A DNA stretch of 64,000 nucleotides. Source: Christensenella sp. Lineage in GTDB: Bacteria; Bacillota; Clostridia; Christensenellales; CAG-917. The stretch is from NCBI GenBank assembly GCA_022009775.1, contig CP091723.1, positions 69,345-133,344 of the forward strand, read 5' to 3'. The number at the start of each line of letters is the position of its first letter. Position 1 is the stretch's first letter. A program made the position numbers and the translations under genes. The notes under the pieces were generated by a model. That model was not told where the DNA came from. It did no database searches and saw nothing but the letters and a program-made list of their open reading frames with translations. Positions 36,423-46,623 of this stretch are shown in pieces.

Positions 36423-36528
36423 ATTAAGTGCGTTAGATTACGGAAAAGTCTATATCTAAAATCAAAATCAAATTTATATAAAGAAAAAAATACCGTTACG
36501 TACGAGATAAAAAAAAGGAGAAGCGAAT

Positions 36529-37030
36529 ATGAAAAAATTCAACAAAAAACCTCTCTTGTTCCTTGTTCCCGTCGGAATTCTTGAAATCATACTTTTGGTG
36601 TTGGAGTGCCTGCCAAACGGCATTGAAATGAAATTTAAATGGCCGATTGATGAGAATTCAACTATTTTTGCATCTAAAACGGAGTATTTTTTCTTATTTC
36701 AGCGCAATGCCCTACGGCTACGGCAATGTTGCGCCACTCTTTATCGGCATATTGACAATCGCAATAATTTTGCTGTGGCTCGTCAATCTTTTTGTGCTAA
36801 AACGCGGATTGAACGTAGCAATTTTCACCCTTACGATGATCAAATTTGTGCTAGTTTGCGTGGAATTTATCTTTTCACAAACATGGGTAAACTGGACAGT
36901 GTTTGCAATCGCAACCGTGTGCGCGATATACGAGATTGTAAAAACCATTGTCAACAAAGAGTTCTCAAAAAAATACGGAAAAGACGAATATGTGCAAGGA
37001 GACTCCCCTGCCGAATCAGTCAGCGAGTAA
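36529..37030 (+). pseudogene. small 4-TM membrane protein, frameshifted
   Basis: AAGGAG SD. ORFs 36529.. and 36647..37030 join if T6 at 36687-36692 is T5. Confidence 0.5.
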
Positions 37031-37143
37031 TAAAACACTGCAACTAGATATCAAACAACATAAACAAAAGAAAATAATCGCAAAACAACAATTGCAACAA
37101 CTAGCGTTAATAAGCGCAACAAAACAATAACAACCAAACCAAC

Positions 37144-37176
37144 AAAAAACCACCGATTGCTCGGTGGTTTTTGTTT
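37144..37176. terminator. bidirectional intrinsic terminator
   Basis: ACCACCGA-TTGC-TCGGTGGT with A- and T-runs. Follows the ispH-S1 gene on the minus strand. Confidence 0.7.
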
Positions 37177-37188
37177 ATAAAGTAAGGA

Positions 37189-39528
37189 TTATTCAGCAGG
37201 TTCTTCAACTTTCTTCTTGCGAGTGGTTTTCTTTGCGGGTTCTTCCGCTTCGTCTGCAAGATTGAGATTGAGATTCTTGAACAAATCACCGAGAGTTGCG
37301 CTGGAAGAACCGGACACCCATTCTTTGGGTTCGTTGGACGCTTCCTTCTTCGCACCGCGGCGTTCGCGTTTGTTTTCGCCGTCTGCAACTTTTTGTTCAA
37401 ACTTCTTGACTCTGGAAGATCTCTTTGCAGCCTTTTCTTCATCGGTTGCTTCTTCGTTTGCTTCGGTTGCTTGAGTTTCTTCGGGTGCAGGAAGCAATTC
37501 CTTGATGGAAAGAGTGATGCGGTTGTCATCGAAACCGATGATCTTCGCTTCGACTTCTTGACCGACGGTCAATGCTTCGTTTGCATCCTTGATCCAGTTG
37601 TGAGAAATTTGAGATACGTGAACGAGTCCGTCAACGCCATCGTCGATGGAGACGAATGCACCGTACGGGAAGATTCTTTCGACTTTGCCCTTGATGACCG
37701 TGCCGACGGGGAACTTCTCCGCAGCGACTTCATAAGGTTTCTTTTGGAGTTGCTTGTAACCGAGAGAGATTTTGCCGGTTTCTCTGTCCATTTTGAGAAC
37801 TACGAAGTCATAGCTTTCACCGATGGTGAGAACGGTGCTGGGATCGGTGATCTTGTTCCAAGAAAGTTCGGAGATGTGCGCAAGGCAATCAAATCCGCGA
37901 ACGTTTACGAATGCGCCGAATTGCGTGAATCTCTTCACTTTGCCGGTGACGATGTCGTGAACATGGATGTTGTTCCAGAACAAATCTTCTTTTTCTTTCT
38001 TTTCTCTTTCGAGAATGATGCGTTGAGACGCAAAGAGATATCTTGATTTCTTTTGGGGTTTATCTTCGTTTTGGGTCGCTTCTTCGCCTTCAACGGTTGT
38101 TGCTTCTTTTTCCTTCGGGGGCATAAGTGTCAAGCGGAGAGTTTTGCCTTTGTAATCTTCGAGATTGCTGACGTAGCCCATTCTGATTTGGCTTGCGGGC
38201 ACGAAGATTGTGTATTGACCGAGTCTGCCGCGGAGACCGCCCTTGACGACTTCCGTCATAGTCAAAGAGAATTCGCCTTGAGCAAGAGCCTTTTCTGCTT
38301 CTGCTTCTTCTTGACGGATTGCGTCAACGTCTTTCTTGGAAAGGGAGACGTACTCTTTGTTGACAGCCAAGATGGTTGCTTGAATTTCGTCGCCTTCTTT
38401 GAAATCGGCAGGATTGTAATTGCCGTCCAAAGTTGCTTCGCTCTTGTCAATAAAACCGTCTTTCTTGCCGCCGATTGCAACGTAAATACCGTTGTCGCCT
38501 GCGCTGATGACTTTGCCTTTGATGCGTTTGCCGACTTTGTAGTTGGTGTAACCCACGGAGTTTGCAGATTTCATAAGGTCTGCCATAGTGGTAGGTTCTT
38601 TTTCTTCAGCGTTTGTTTGCTCTTGAAGCGTTGCCTCGTTTTTCACTTCAGTTTCGACTGTTTCCACAGCGTTCTTTTGAGTTTCACTCATAAGTTGTGT
38701 TACCTCCTGTATCAACCACGGCGGAGTTGACGCTCCTGCGACAATTGATACACTTTGAATATCCTTGAAAAATTTTGTTTGATTCAGTGCGTCGCTCACG
38801 CTCTCGACAAAATACGTATCGGGATTGACTTGTTTTGCCACTTCGTACAAACGTCTCGTGTTTGCGCTCGTGTGGCTGCCCAAAACCAAAACCGCTCCGC
38901 CCTTTGCCGCAAGAGCACGCGCTTCGTCCTGTTTCACTTTTGTAGTATAACAAATAGTATTGAAAATGCCAACTAAATTACCGTGTTTTTTTTCAAAATT
39001 CTTTGCATTTTCTTCTATTTTTTCAAATTTTTCGGGCAAAATGGTCGTTTGAAACAAAATCGACGTATTTTCGTCTCCGATTTTCAGGTCTTCATCGTCT
39101 CTGACCACTCTGACTGTGTCCCCCGCATACGACGCAACGCCTATGACTTCGTCGTGATTTTTATCGCCCACGATGATTATATCGTCGCCTGCGATTCGTC
39201 TTTCGTCCGCAATTTTCTGATTGCGCTTGACGACTGGACATGTCGCGTCGAAAAGAATCACTCCGCGCTCTTGAAGACTATCCTGCAACTCTTTTGTTAT
39301 ACCGTGCGCGCGAATGAGAACGACATCGCCTTTTTTGAGTTGCGATTCGTCTTTTACGTCAACACAAATCGCGCCCTTATCTTGTAGATATTGCGTGACG
39401 AGTTCGTTGTGCACGAGTTCTCCGAGCGTATAAATTTTTCCGTATTTTTCAACGAGTTCCAACGCTTTGTCAAACGCGCTTTTCACTCCCTTACAAAATC
39501 CGGCGTGTTTTGCAACGACAACTTTCAT
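37189..39528 (-). CDS. ispH: bifunctional IspH (HMBPP reductase) / ribosomal protein S1-like (4 S1 domains)
   Basis: N-terminal LytB sequence (GFCKGV...) followed by repeated S1 OB motifs and a Lys/Glu tail. A fusion known from Clostridia. Confidence 0.9.
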   Translation of the reverse strand: MKVVVAKHAGFCKGVKSAFDKALELVEKYGKIYTLGELVHNELVTQYLQDKGAICVDVKDESQLKKGDVVLIRAHGITKELQDSLQERGVILFDATCPVVKRNQKIADERRIAGDDIIIVGDKNHDEVIGVASYAGDTVRVVRDDEDLKIGDENTSILFQTTILPEKFEKIEENAKNFEKKHGNLVGIFNTICYTTKVKQDEARALAAKGGAVLVLGSHTSANTRRLYEVAKQVNPDTYFVESVSDALNQTKFFKDIQSVSIVAGASTPPWLIQEVTQLMSETQKNAVETVETEVKNEATLQEQTNAEEKEPTTMADLMKSANSVGYTNYKVGKRIKGKVISAGDNGIYVAIGGKKDGFIDKSEATLDGNYNPADFKEGDEIQATILAVNKEYVSLSKKDVDAIRQEEAEAEKALAQGEFSLTMTEVVKGGLRGRLGQYTIFVPASQIRMGYVSNLEDYKGKTLRLTLMPPKEKEATTVEGEEATQNEDKPQKKSRYLFASQRIILEREKKEKEDLFWNNIHVHDIVTGKVKRFTQFGAFVNVRGFDCLAHISELSWNKITDPSTVLTIGESYDFVVLKMDRETGKISLGYKQLQKKPYEVAAEKFPVGTVIKGKVERIFPYGAFVSIDDGVDGLVHVSQISHNWIKDANEALTVGQEVEAKIIGFDDNRITLSIKELLPAPEETQATEANEEATDEEKAAKRSSRVKKFEQKVADGENKRERRGAKKEASNEPKEWVSGSSSATLGDLFKNLNLNLADEAEEPAKKTTRKKKVEEPAE

Positions 39529-39602
39529 TTTATCTCTCTATTGCTCCGAAAGAGCGTATTTTTAATATCGCGCCGTTGCTGTACGGCGCGAATTTCGGTT
39601 GT

Positions 39603-41042
39603 TTATTTATCTTTCTTTGCGGCTTTTTTTAGTTTCTTGCCGTATCTCGTGTTGTTCTCGACGTATTCGTTGCAAAGACGGCGAGTCTCGTCCATCTTTT
39701 CGCGGATAAGTTCGGTTGCCTTGTGGTTTTCTTCGGGCGTTTTTGCACCATAGAACTCTTCGAGCGTGAACGGCTCTCCGACGTACAACCAGTTTTTGCG
39801 GAACGCCTTTGGCGAACGATAGTAAATCATCGGGACGACGGGAACTTTGGTTTTTATTGCAAATCTTGCCGTGCCCGTCTTAAACTCCGCCATATCTTGC
39901 GTGCCTTCTTTGTTGCGCGTACCTTCGGGGAAAATGAGCAACTGTTTATCCGATTTGAGCACTCTCATCACCTGTTTGACGGATTCTATATCCGCTTCTC
40001 CGCGGCGAACGGGAATCGCACCCATTTTGTGCAAAAACCACCCCGCAATCGGATTTTGGAACAATTCGTATTTTGCAAGTGCATGCGCTTCTTTTTTGAA
40101 AAGTACGAAATACGGAATCATTGAATCCATCTTCGAGTAGTGATTGCACGTGAAAAGTGCGCCTTTGACTTTCTTTGCGTTTTCCGCGCCGACAACTTTC
40201 GTTGGCCATACGAGCATTTGAATCGGGCGCAAAATCACTCTCAAAAATCTGTATATCACAAAACTTTTTTCGGGCTTGTAATACTTCTTGATTCTTTCGA
40301 GAGTCTTTTGCGGCATATCGCAACTATGAATAATCGTGCTATGCTCTTTTTCGGTGTTCTGATGGGTTGAATCGTCTTTTTTCGTCTTGATATGCACAAC
40401 TTCTTTTACGTGCGCCACAACGTCGTCTATGCTCATGGACGTGGTGTCCACAAAGTCAGCGTCTTCCGCTTGTTTGAGCGGAGCGACGGCTCTGTGCGAA
40501 TCGTTGTAGTCACGCTTGATTATATCTTGCAAAAGCGTGTCGAAATCCACTTCTTCGCCCTTTGCCTTGAGTTCGTCAAATCTTCTTCTCGCTCTCTCTT
40601 CGGGAGTTGCGGTAAGGAAGAATTTGCAGTTTGCGTCAGGCAAGACGAAAGTGCCTATATCTCTGCCGTCAAGCACAACGTCGTGCTTTTTTGCGAAATC
40701 GCGTTGCAAATCCACCATTTTGTATCTCACGCACGGCAATGCGGAGATATCGCTTGCGGCTTTTGACATATAATGTTCGCGAAGATACGGAGTCGTATTC
40801 ACACCGTTGACAATGATTTGTTGCGCGCCGTCCTTATACTCGATGTTCATTTGAAGATTTTCGAGCATTTTGGCAACATTTTCTTCGTCTTTGACGTCAA
40901 TGCCTTGGCTTATGGCATAATATGCCGTAGCTCTGTACATCGCGCCAGTGTCAAGATAGATGATGCCGAGATCTTTTGCAACGGCTTTTGCTATCGTGCT
41001 TTTGCCTGCGCCGGCAGGTCCGTCGATTGCTATATTTATCAT
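39603..41042 (-). CDS. cmk: cytidylate kinase fused in-frame to 1-acyl-sn-glycerol-3-phosphate acyltransferase domain
   Basis: IDGPAGAGKST P-loop (aa 1 to ~222). NHYSKMD and FPEGTR acyltransferase motifs after Met243 (codon at 40316-40314). Confidence 0.8.
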   Translation of the reverse strand: MINIAIDGPAGAGKSTIAKAVAKDLGIIYLDTGAMYRATAYYAISQGIDVKDEENVAKMLENLQMNIEYKDGAQQIIVNGVNTTPYLREHYMSKAASDISALPCVRYKMVDLQRDFAKKHDVVLDGRDIGTFVLPDANCKFFLTATPEERARRRFDELKAKGEEVDFDTLLQDIIKRDYNDSHRAVAPLKQAEDADFVDTTSMSIDDVVAHVKEVVHIKTKKDDSTHQNTEKEHSTIIHSCDMPQKTLERIKKYYKPEKSFVIYRFLRVILRPIQMLVWPTKVVGAENAKKVKGALFTCNHYSKMDSMIPYFVLFKKEAHALAKYELFQNPIAGWFLHKMGAIPVRRGEADIESVKQVMRVLKSDKQLLIFPEGTRNKEGTQDMAEFKTGTARFAIKTKVPVVPMIYYRSPKAFRKNWLYVGEPFTLEEFYGAKTPEENHKATELIREKMDETRRLCNEYVENNTRYGKKLKKAAKKDK

Positions 41043-41171
41043 ATTCCCTCCGAAAAACGAGAAAATTTTCTTTCTTTTGTCGTGCGGTCAAAACATCGAT
41101 TCTGATATTTATTCAATATTTTCGTTATTCTAACCGCTTGTTTTTGTATTTTCAAGCAAGTTTTGATTGCT

Positions 41172-42392
41172 TTATGCCATTTTTTTGACGATATCGCGCG
41201 CAGCGCACACACCCGTTGCAAACGCAAGTTGCAGATTGAATCCGCCCGTGAGCGCGTCTATATCGAGAGTTTCGCCCACAAAATACAATCCGTCAACCGT
41301 TTTGCACTCACAAGTGGGTTTCAACCCCTTTACGTCCACTCCCCCTGCCGTAACGATTGCTTCGGTGAACGGAGCAAGTCCGGCAACGTCAAAAGTGAGA
41401 TTTTTGAGCGTATACACGAGTTTTTCACGCTCTTGTTTTGTGATTGAATTGACCTTTTTGCTTTCCTGTATCCCTGCGCGTTTGATGACGTACGAGTTGA
41501 GCCTTTCGGGCAAAAGCGCACGAGTAACGTTCTTTATATCCTGGTTTTTGCGATCGTCGAAATCACGCAATATACGCTTGTCGAGCGTGTCGGCGTCAAG
41601 CGCAGGTTTTAGGTCGAGAGAAAGCGTAACTTTGCTTTTTCTGTTGATATACGACGAAGTCATAAGTGCAATCGGTCCTGACACTCCCCTTTGCGTGAAG
41701 AGCATTTCTCCGAACTCGCTCGATATCTCCTTGCCGTTCTCGTCGTACGCCGTGAGCGTCACGTTTTTAAGGGATATTCCCTGCAACGACGATACGTTTT
41801 GCGCAAGGATAATCGGCACGAGCGCCTGCCTTGGCTCCACAATATTCAGTCCGAAGTTTTTCGCGAATTTATATCCGTCGCCCGTCGAGCCTGTGGATTG
41901 ATAGCTATATCCGCCCGTTGCAACGATGACTTTGTCGCAAATCTCGTCTTTCATGTCGGTTTTCACGACAAATCCGCCGTCAGTCTTGTCTATGGACAGC
42001 ACTTGCGTGTTCAGTTTCACTTGCACGCCGCATCTTTTCATCTCGATTTCAAGCGTCTTTATCACGTCGCTTGACTTTTGTGAAAACGGAAAAACCCTGT
42101 TGCCACGCTCGACGACGAGTTCCAGCCCCGCGTTTTCAAAAAACTCCATCGTATCCTGCGGCGTAAAGCCGTATATTGCGGATTTCAAGAACTTTTCGCC
42201 GTGCACCACGTTGTCGAACATCTCTTGAATCTCGCAATCGTTGGTCACGTTGCAGCGGCCTTTGCCGGTTATGAATATTTTTTTGCCGAGTTTCTCGTTT
42301 TTTTCAAGCAAAACGACGTCGATTCCGCCTTTTGCAAGAACGATTGCCGACATCATTCCCGCCGCGCCGCCACCGATAACGCAAACTCTCAT
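41172..42392 (-). CDS. HI0933/YhiN-family NAD(P)/FAD-dependent flavoprotein
   Basis: VIGGGAAGMM...ITGKGRCNVTN motif. 406 aa. Confidence 0.85.
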   Translation of the reverse strand: MRVCVIGGGAAGMMSAIVLAKGGIDVVLLEKNEKLGKKIFITGKGRCNVTNDCEIQEMFDNVVHGEKFLKSAIYGFTPQDTMEFFENAGLELVVERGNRVFPFSQKSSDVIKTLEIEMKRCGVQVKLNTQVLSIDKTDGGFVVKTDMKDEICDKVIVATGGYSYQSTGSTGDGYKFAKNFGLNIVEPRQALVPIILAQNVSSLQGISLKNVTLTAYDENGKEISSEFGEMLFTQRGVSGPIALMTSSYINRKSKVTLSLDLKPALDADTLDKRILRDFDDRKNQDIKNVTRALLPERLNSYVIKRAGIQESKKVNSITKQEREKLVYTLKNLTFDVAGLAPFTEAIVTAGGVDVKGLKPTCECKTVDGLYFVGETLDIDALTGGFNLQLAFATGVCAARDIVKKMA

Positions 42393-43150
42393 AGCGCAAA
42401 CTCCGCGTCTTTTAGACGCGCCATTGCTTCTTTGTCCGTTGCAAGCATTTGAACGGGAGTTATCGTTATGTATCCGCGGTCGAGCTGATAGCAGTCTCCG
42501 CCGGCGATTTCGTCTTCGTGCTTATATGCGTGACCGTCAACGTAATATTTTTCAACGCCGTTTTCGTCAACCTGCGAGAAATATTTTTCGTCGTACGGCT
42601 GATAGGCAACGGGTGCGATTTTGACGCCTTTTATATTCTCGGGTTTCGTGTCGGGAATATTCACGTTTATCGTCACGTTTTCAGTTGCAAACGACAAGAG
42701 TTTTTCAAGATTTCTCGCAATGAAATCCGCCGCAAACTCATACTCGTCCGTATGATGCGTGCGAAGCGAAACCGCAATAGACGGCACACGCTGGAAAGTG
42801 CCTTCCTGCGCCGCGCCGAACGTTCCCGAAAATATAATATCGCTGCCTGCGTTGAGCGTGGTGTTTATGCCGGACACAACTGCGTCGATTTTCATGTCTT
42901 TGAGCAGATATTTTATGCCGAAAAGCACGCAATCTGCGGGCGATCCGCTCACCGACCACGTTTTTATGCCGTCAAGCTCGTCTTCGTATTTGTACGTTAT
43001 GCCGCTGAAAAAACTCACTGAATGCGACGTACCGGAACGCTCCCCCATAGGCGCAACAACGAAAATTTCGTTGTCCTTTGCAAGTCTTGCCGCAAGTTTT
43101 TTTATTCCGACGGCACTGAAACCGTCGTCGTTTGCAATAAGTATATTCAT
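42389..43150 (-). CDS. surE: 5'/3'-nucleotidase SurE
   Basis: MNILIANDDG N-terminus. Family length. Confidence 0.9.
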   Translation of the reverse strand: MNILIANDDGFSAVGIKKLAARLAKDNEIFVVAPMGERSGTSHSVSFFSGITYKYEDELDGIKTWSVSGSPADCVLFGIKYLLKDMKIDAVVSGINTTLNAGSDIIFSGTFGAAQEGTFQRVPSIAVSLRTHHTDEYEFAADFIARNLEKLLSFATENVTINVNIPDTKPENIKGVKIAPVAYQPYDEKYFSQVDENGVEKYYVDGHAYKHEDEIAGGDCYQLDRGYITITPVQMLATDKEAMARLKDAEFAL

Positions 43151-43204
43151 TTCTTCACCTGATAAAATTCACGATTTTTGCGACGAACCGCGTTATGCTC
43201 GAAT

Positions 43205-44134
43205 TTATTGCGGCACTCTGTCGCACAGACTTTGCAAATACGCAATTTCCATATCGTTGAGCGGTCTGTACGCTCCGCGAGCAAGTCCGCCGAGTCTCAA
43301 TTCTCCTATGGCAACGCGCTTTAAGAACACGACTTTCTTTTCGACTGCATCGAACATCTTCCTGATTTCACGGTTTTTGCCTTCAAAAATTATCACTTCG
43401 AGACGAGTAAACACGTTCTGCATCTCGTCGTCCGCATAGTCGATTGCTTCCCTTGCCTGCGTGTCTTTGGGATCTATCGTCGCTTTTTTCGAGCCCGAAA
43501 CTTTTTCGATTCCCGTGACTTTGACTTTGCTTCTTCCGTATTTCACGCCGTCGACCGTCACGCCTTTTCTGAGTGCGGCAAGATCGCTTTCTTCAATCGT
43601 TCCTTCGATTTTCACGACGTAAGTCTTAGGAATTTCGCTGGACGGATGAGTGAGTTTGTAGGTCAAATTTCCGTCGTTTGTGAGCAAAAGCAAGCCTTCG
43701 CTGTCATAATCCAGTCTTCCGACGGGATAAAGTCGCTTGTCTTTGTAGTCCGCACCGATAAAATCGGTGATGATTTTTCTCGGTTTCGTGTGCTCTTTCT
43801 TTTCTTCCACGATGCCCTTTGCCGCAAGTTTTTCGGCGCGATTTGCGATTTCTTCAAGTTCCTTATCAGTCTTCTTTCTACCGCTCTTGTTGTCTTTCTC
43901 TTCATTGAGAGTGGTCACGCATCCTTTCGGTTTGTAAAACAAAAGATAGTCGTAGTGAGTCACTCTCACCACTTTTTTGCCGTCAACGTAAACGACGTCG
44001 CTGTTTTCGTCAACGTCAACGCCGACTTCTCTGACCACTTTTTTATTCACCGTGACTCTGCCTTCTTTGACAAGTTCGTCAGCTTTTCTGCGAGAGCATA
44101 CTCCGCATTCTGCAAGGTATTTGTTGATACGCAT
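43205..44134 (-). CDS. rluB: pseudouridine synthase (RluB/RsuA family) with charged insertions
   Basis: S4 domain MRINKYLAECGVCSRRKAD and catalytic GRLDYDSEGLLLLTNDG. GGAG SD. Confidence 0.85.
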   Translation of the reverse strand: MRINKYLAECGVCSRRKADELVKEGRVTVNKKVVREVGVDVDENSDVVYVDGKKVVRVTHYDYLLFYKPKGCVTTLNEEKDNKSGRKKTDKELEEIANRAEKLAAKGIVEEKKEHTKPRKIITDFIGADYKDKRLYPVGRLDYDSEGLLLLTNDGNLTYKLTHPSSEIPKTYVVKIEGTIEESDLAALRKGVTVDGVKYGRSKVKVTGIEKVSGSKKATIDPKDTQAREAIDYADDEMQNVFTRLEVIIFEGKNREIRKMFDAVEKKVVFLKRVAIGELRLGGLARGAYRPLNDMEIAYLQSLCDRVPQ

Positions 44135-44282
44135 ATTTTCGCTCCTAACGCGCGCAAAGGTGGCGTGCGTAAATTTTCTATAAAAAATTATACATAAATT
44201 TTCGCTCACGCGCAAGCGAATTGTGCAACCGATACCGCTAAAATGAAAATTTGCAACTCAATTACAACGAAAAAGCAAAAAA

Positions 44283-44305
44283 AGAAAAGGCGCGAGAGCC
44301 TTTTC
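44283..44305 (-). terminator. putative terminator after rluB
   Basis: AAGGC/GCCTT stem plus a T-run on the minus strand. Confidence 0.35.
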
Positions 44306-44365
44306 AAAATCATTTTCAAATCGTCAAACTAAAACAATCGTTGAATATTTACCGAAAAACCGAAA

Positions 44366-45421
44366 TCAAAACATAATCAATTTTTCGCTTCCGTCCTTTC
44401 TCATAGGATATCGCATATGTGACCAATCGTAGTTTTCAAGAGCATTCAAAGGACAATTCACAAAGTTTTTACCGTTTGAAACGATCGCTTCTTCAATAGG
44501 TATCATCGCATAGTTGTCAAATGCAAAATCAAGCATTCTAACCGTGTCGTTCCACATATCAGAGTGATTGAAAACGACGCTTATAAGTTGCATTCCGTCT
44601 CTTTTTGCACCGCCTACGAAACATCTGCCGTCCCTTTTCGTGTAACCAGTCTTCACACCGTTTGCACCATCGTAAGTTTTGAGCAATTTGTTCTTATTTG
44701 CAATATATCTCGCTTCACCGTCAACGGTGATTTTTGCCTGTTTTGTGTTTGCTATCCTGCAAAAGTCCGCGTTTTCGTAAGCGTTTGCGGTTATAAGAGC
44801 CATATCGTAGGCGGTCGTATAATGCGTTTTGTCGTCAAGTCCGTGCGGATTTGAAAAATGAGAGTCAACCGCTCCGACGCTTTTCGCCTTTTGATTCATA
44901 AGCGCAGCAAAGTTTCCAACGCTTCCACCCGTTTCGATAGCAAGAGCAACAGCAGCGTCGTTTCCGCTTCTGAGCATCAACCCCAAAAGCAAATCGCCAA
45001 CGGTGATTTCTTGCCCTGCTTTCAAATATATCGACGAGCCTTCTACGCCTTCTGCTTCCTTAGGAACTTTTACGACTTTATCGAGCGGCAAACGTTCGAT
45101 AACGACGATTGCAGTCAATATCTTCGTCGTGCTTGCAGGGTAGCACTTATCGTGCATATTCTCGTCGTATAAAACACGACGGGAACTTTGCTCGATGCAC
45201 ACTGCGCCGCGCCCTTGTTTTTGAAGAACAAACGACTCGTCATTTTTATCGAATATCGTCTGTTTTGCCGCATTTTCCAAGTCTGTATTATCGTTATTAA
45301 CGATTTTTAGAATACTTTTATCGTTTGAAAGCGTATATATACCACTAATTCCGCCAAAAACGACTAATGCGAAAACTATCAAAATCGCAATGCACAATAA
45401 AGATTTTCTAATGATTTTCAC
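44366..45421 (-). CDS. dacB: D-alanyl-D-alanine carboxypeptidase (S11, DacB-like)
   Basis: N-terminal TM, STTK active-site motif, SGN motif. Confidence 0.8.
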   Translation of the reverse strand: MKIIRKSLLCIAILIVFALVVFGGISGIYTLSNDKSILKIVNNDNTDLENAAKQTIFDKNDESFVLQKQGRGAVCIEQSSRRVLYDENMHDKCYPASTTKILTAIVVIERLPLDKVVKVPKEAEGVEGSSIYLKAGQEITVGDLLLGLMLRSGNDAAVALAIETGGSVGNFAALMNQKAKSVGAVDSHFSNPHGLDDKTHYTTAYDMALITANAYENADFCRIANTKQAKITVDGEARYIANKNKLLKTYDGANGVKTGYTKRDGRCFVGGAKRDGMQLISVVFNHSDMWNDTVRMLDFAFDNYAMIPIEEAIVSNGKNFVNCPLNALENYDWSHMRYPMRKDGSEKLIMF

Positions 45422-45436
45422 AACTTCACCGCCTTT

Positions 45437-45779
45437 TTAGTCGTCTTTCTTCATAACTCCGATGACGCTTCTCGCAAGGTCGAGCCACTTGTTTTCGCCT
45501 TCACCGTCAACTCGCACAAACTTCTTTTGCGCACCGCAAACGAGAAAACCTATCGGCGTTACGGATATTCCGCCACCACTTATACCCGTCGGATATTTTG
45601 CGTTTTTGTGTCTTTTCGACGTCGCTTTTCCCGCCTACGAATCCGACGCTTATTTTGCTCACCGGCAATATCAGCGTTCCGTCTCCGTTCACTATGGGCT
45701 TCCCCACAATGTCTTCGTTCGACAACGATTTCTTCAGACTTTCAACGGTCAAATTTATTATTTCTTGTAAATCTTGCAT
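45437..45779 (-). pseudogene. ytfJ: sporulation protein YtfJ/GerW, frameshifted
   Basis: N-terminal part is ORF 45507..45779. The conserved GISGGGISVTPIGFLV... continues in another frame. The shift is in T4/T5 runs at 45596-45607. Confidence 0.8.
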
Positions 45780-45930
45780 ACTTCACCTATGTAAATGCTA
45801 AAAAATCGAGATGGCAAACGCTCAAAAAAAACTTGCGATGCAATCATTCATAAAAACACTTCAATACAAAAACGCACTTTCTATTTCGTTTGTTTTCTAA
45901 TATTCCGCACTCAGCAACATCACGTTTCTC

Positions 45931-46398
45931 TCACTTGCTCTTTATATACACCGTCAATACCTGAACGAGATTTATCGAAAACTTACTTTTCAATTCACAA
46001 TCGAATTTTCCGTCCTTAGAGCAATTTGCGAAGTATTTACATTCGATACCGAACATTTCGCACAACGCAATCGCTATTGCTTTGTTTTTTTCATCAAAAT
46101 CACCGCATAAAGCCGCCAGCGTTGTCACAAAAGCGATTTTTTCCTTTCTCATTGCATTTATCGCTTCCATTGCGTTCGGTTTTTTATCTAAGGTTTTTAG
46201 CGTCTTTCCGTTCACCGTCACAATCGGATTTTCATCCGTTTTAATTCTTATTCTCACGGCATTTATACCAAAGAACCTAATTATAACGAACAGTCCGCGT
46301 TCACCGAGCGAAAAATGCGCCCGAACACCGACTTTTATCGGCGCAAGCACGGCGAGTATAACCATCTCAACGCCTATCAACGCAATCACGTATGCCAT
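45931..46398 (-). CDS. YtfI-like (DUF2953) sporulation-associated protein
   Basis: Position upstream of ytfJ, N-terminal TM. Only weak family recognition. Confidence 0.4.
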   Translation of the reverse strand: MAYVIALIGVEMVILAVLAPIKVGVRAHFSLGERGLFVIIRFFGINAVRIRIKTDENPIVTVNGKTLKTLDKKPNAMEAINAMRKEKIAFVTTLAALCGDFDEKNKAIAIALCEMFGIECKYFANCSKDGKFDCELKSKFSINLVQVLTVYIKSK

Positions 46399-46573
46399 AT
46401 ACCTAATTTGTGCATTTTTCAAAATAATATTTACAAGCAAAAAACAGCTCTATTTTCGCAAAAAAACCGTTCTATTTAAATTACGCGACAAACAACAATC
46501 GTGTAGTCTCGCAAACACAACGATTCAAAATGCATAAACTTATTTATTTTCAAATTCAAACGCATAAAAAAAA

Positions 46574-46600
46574 TCACCGCAATCGCAGTGATTTTTGGAT
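46574..46600 (-). terminator. intrinsic terminator after scpB
   Basis: ATCACCGC/GCAGTGAT imperfect stem flanked by A/T runs. Confidence 0.5.
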
Positions 46601-46623
46601 TTTTTTCTATATTTGACGACATT

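Noticed and set aside
37030-37145. A/C-rich low-complexity stretch (CAACAA/AAACAA repeats) after the small membrane-protein gene, as a possible repeat element or ncRNA.
   Set aside because: There is no self-complementarity and no second copy in the window. It is most simply a 3' UTR leading into the bidirectional terminator at 37144-37176.
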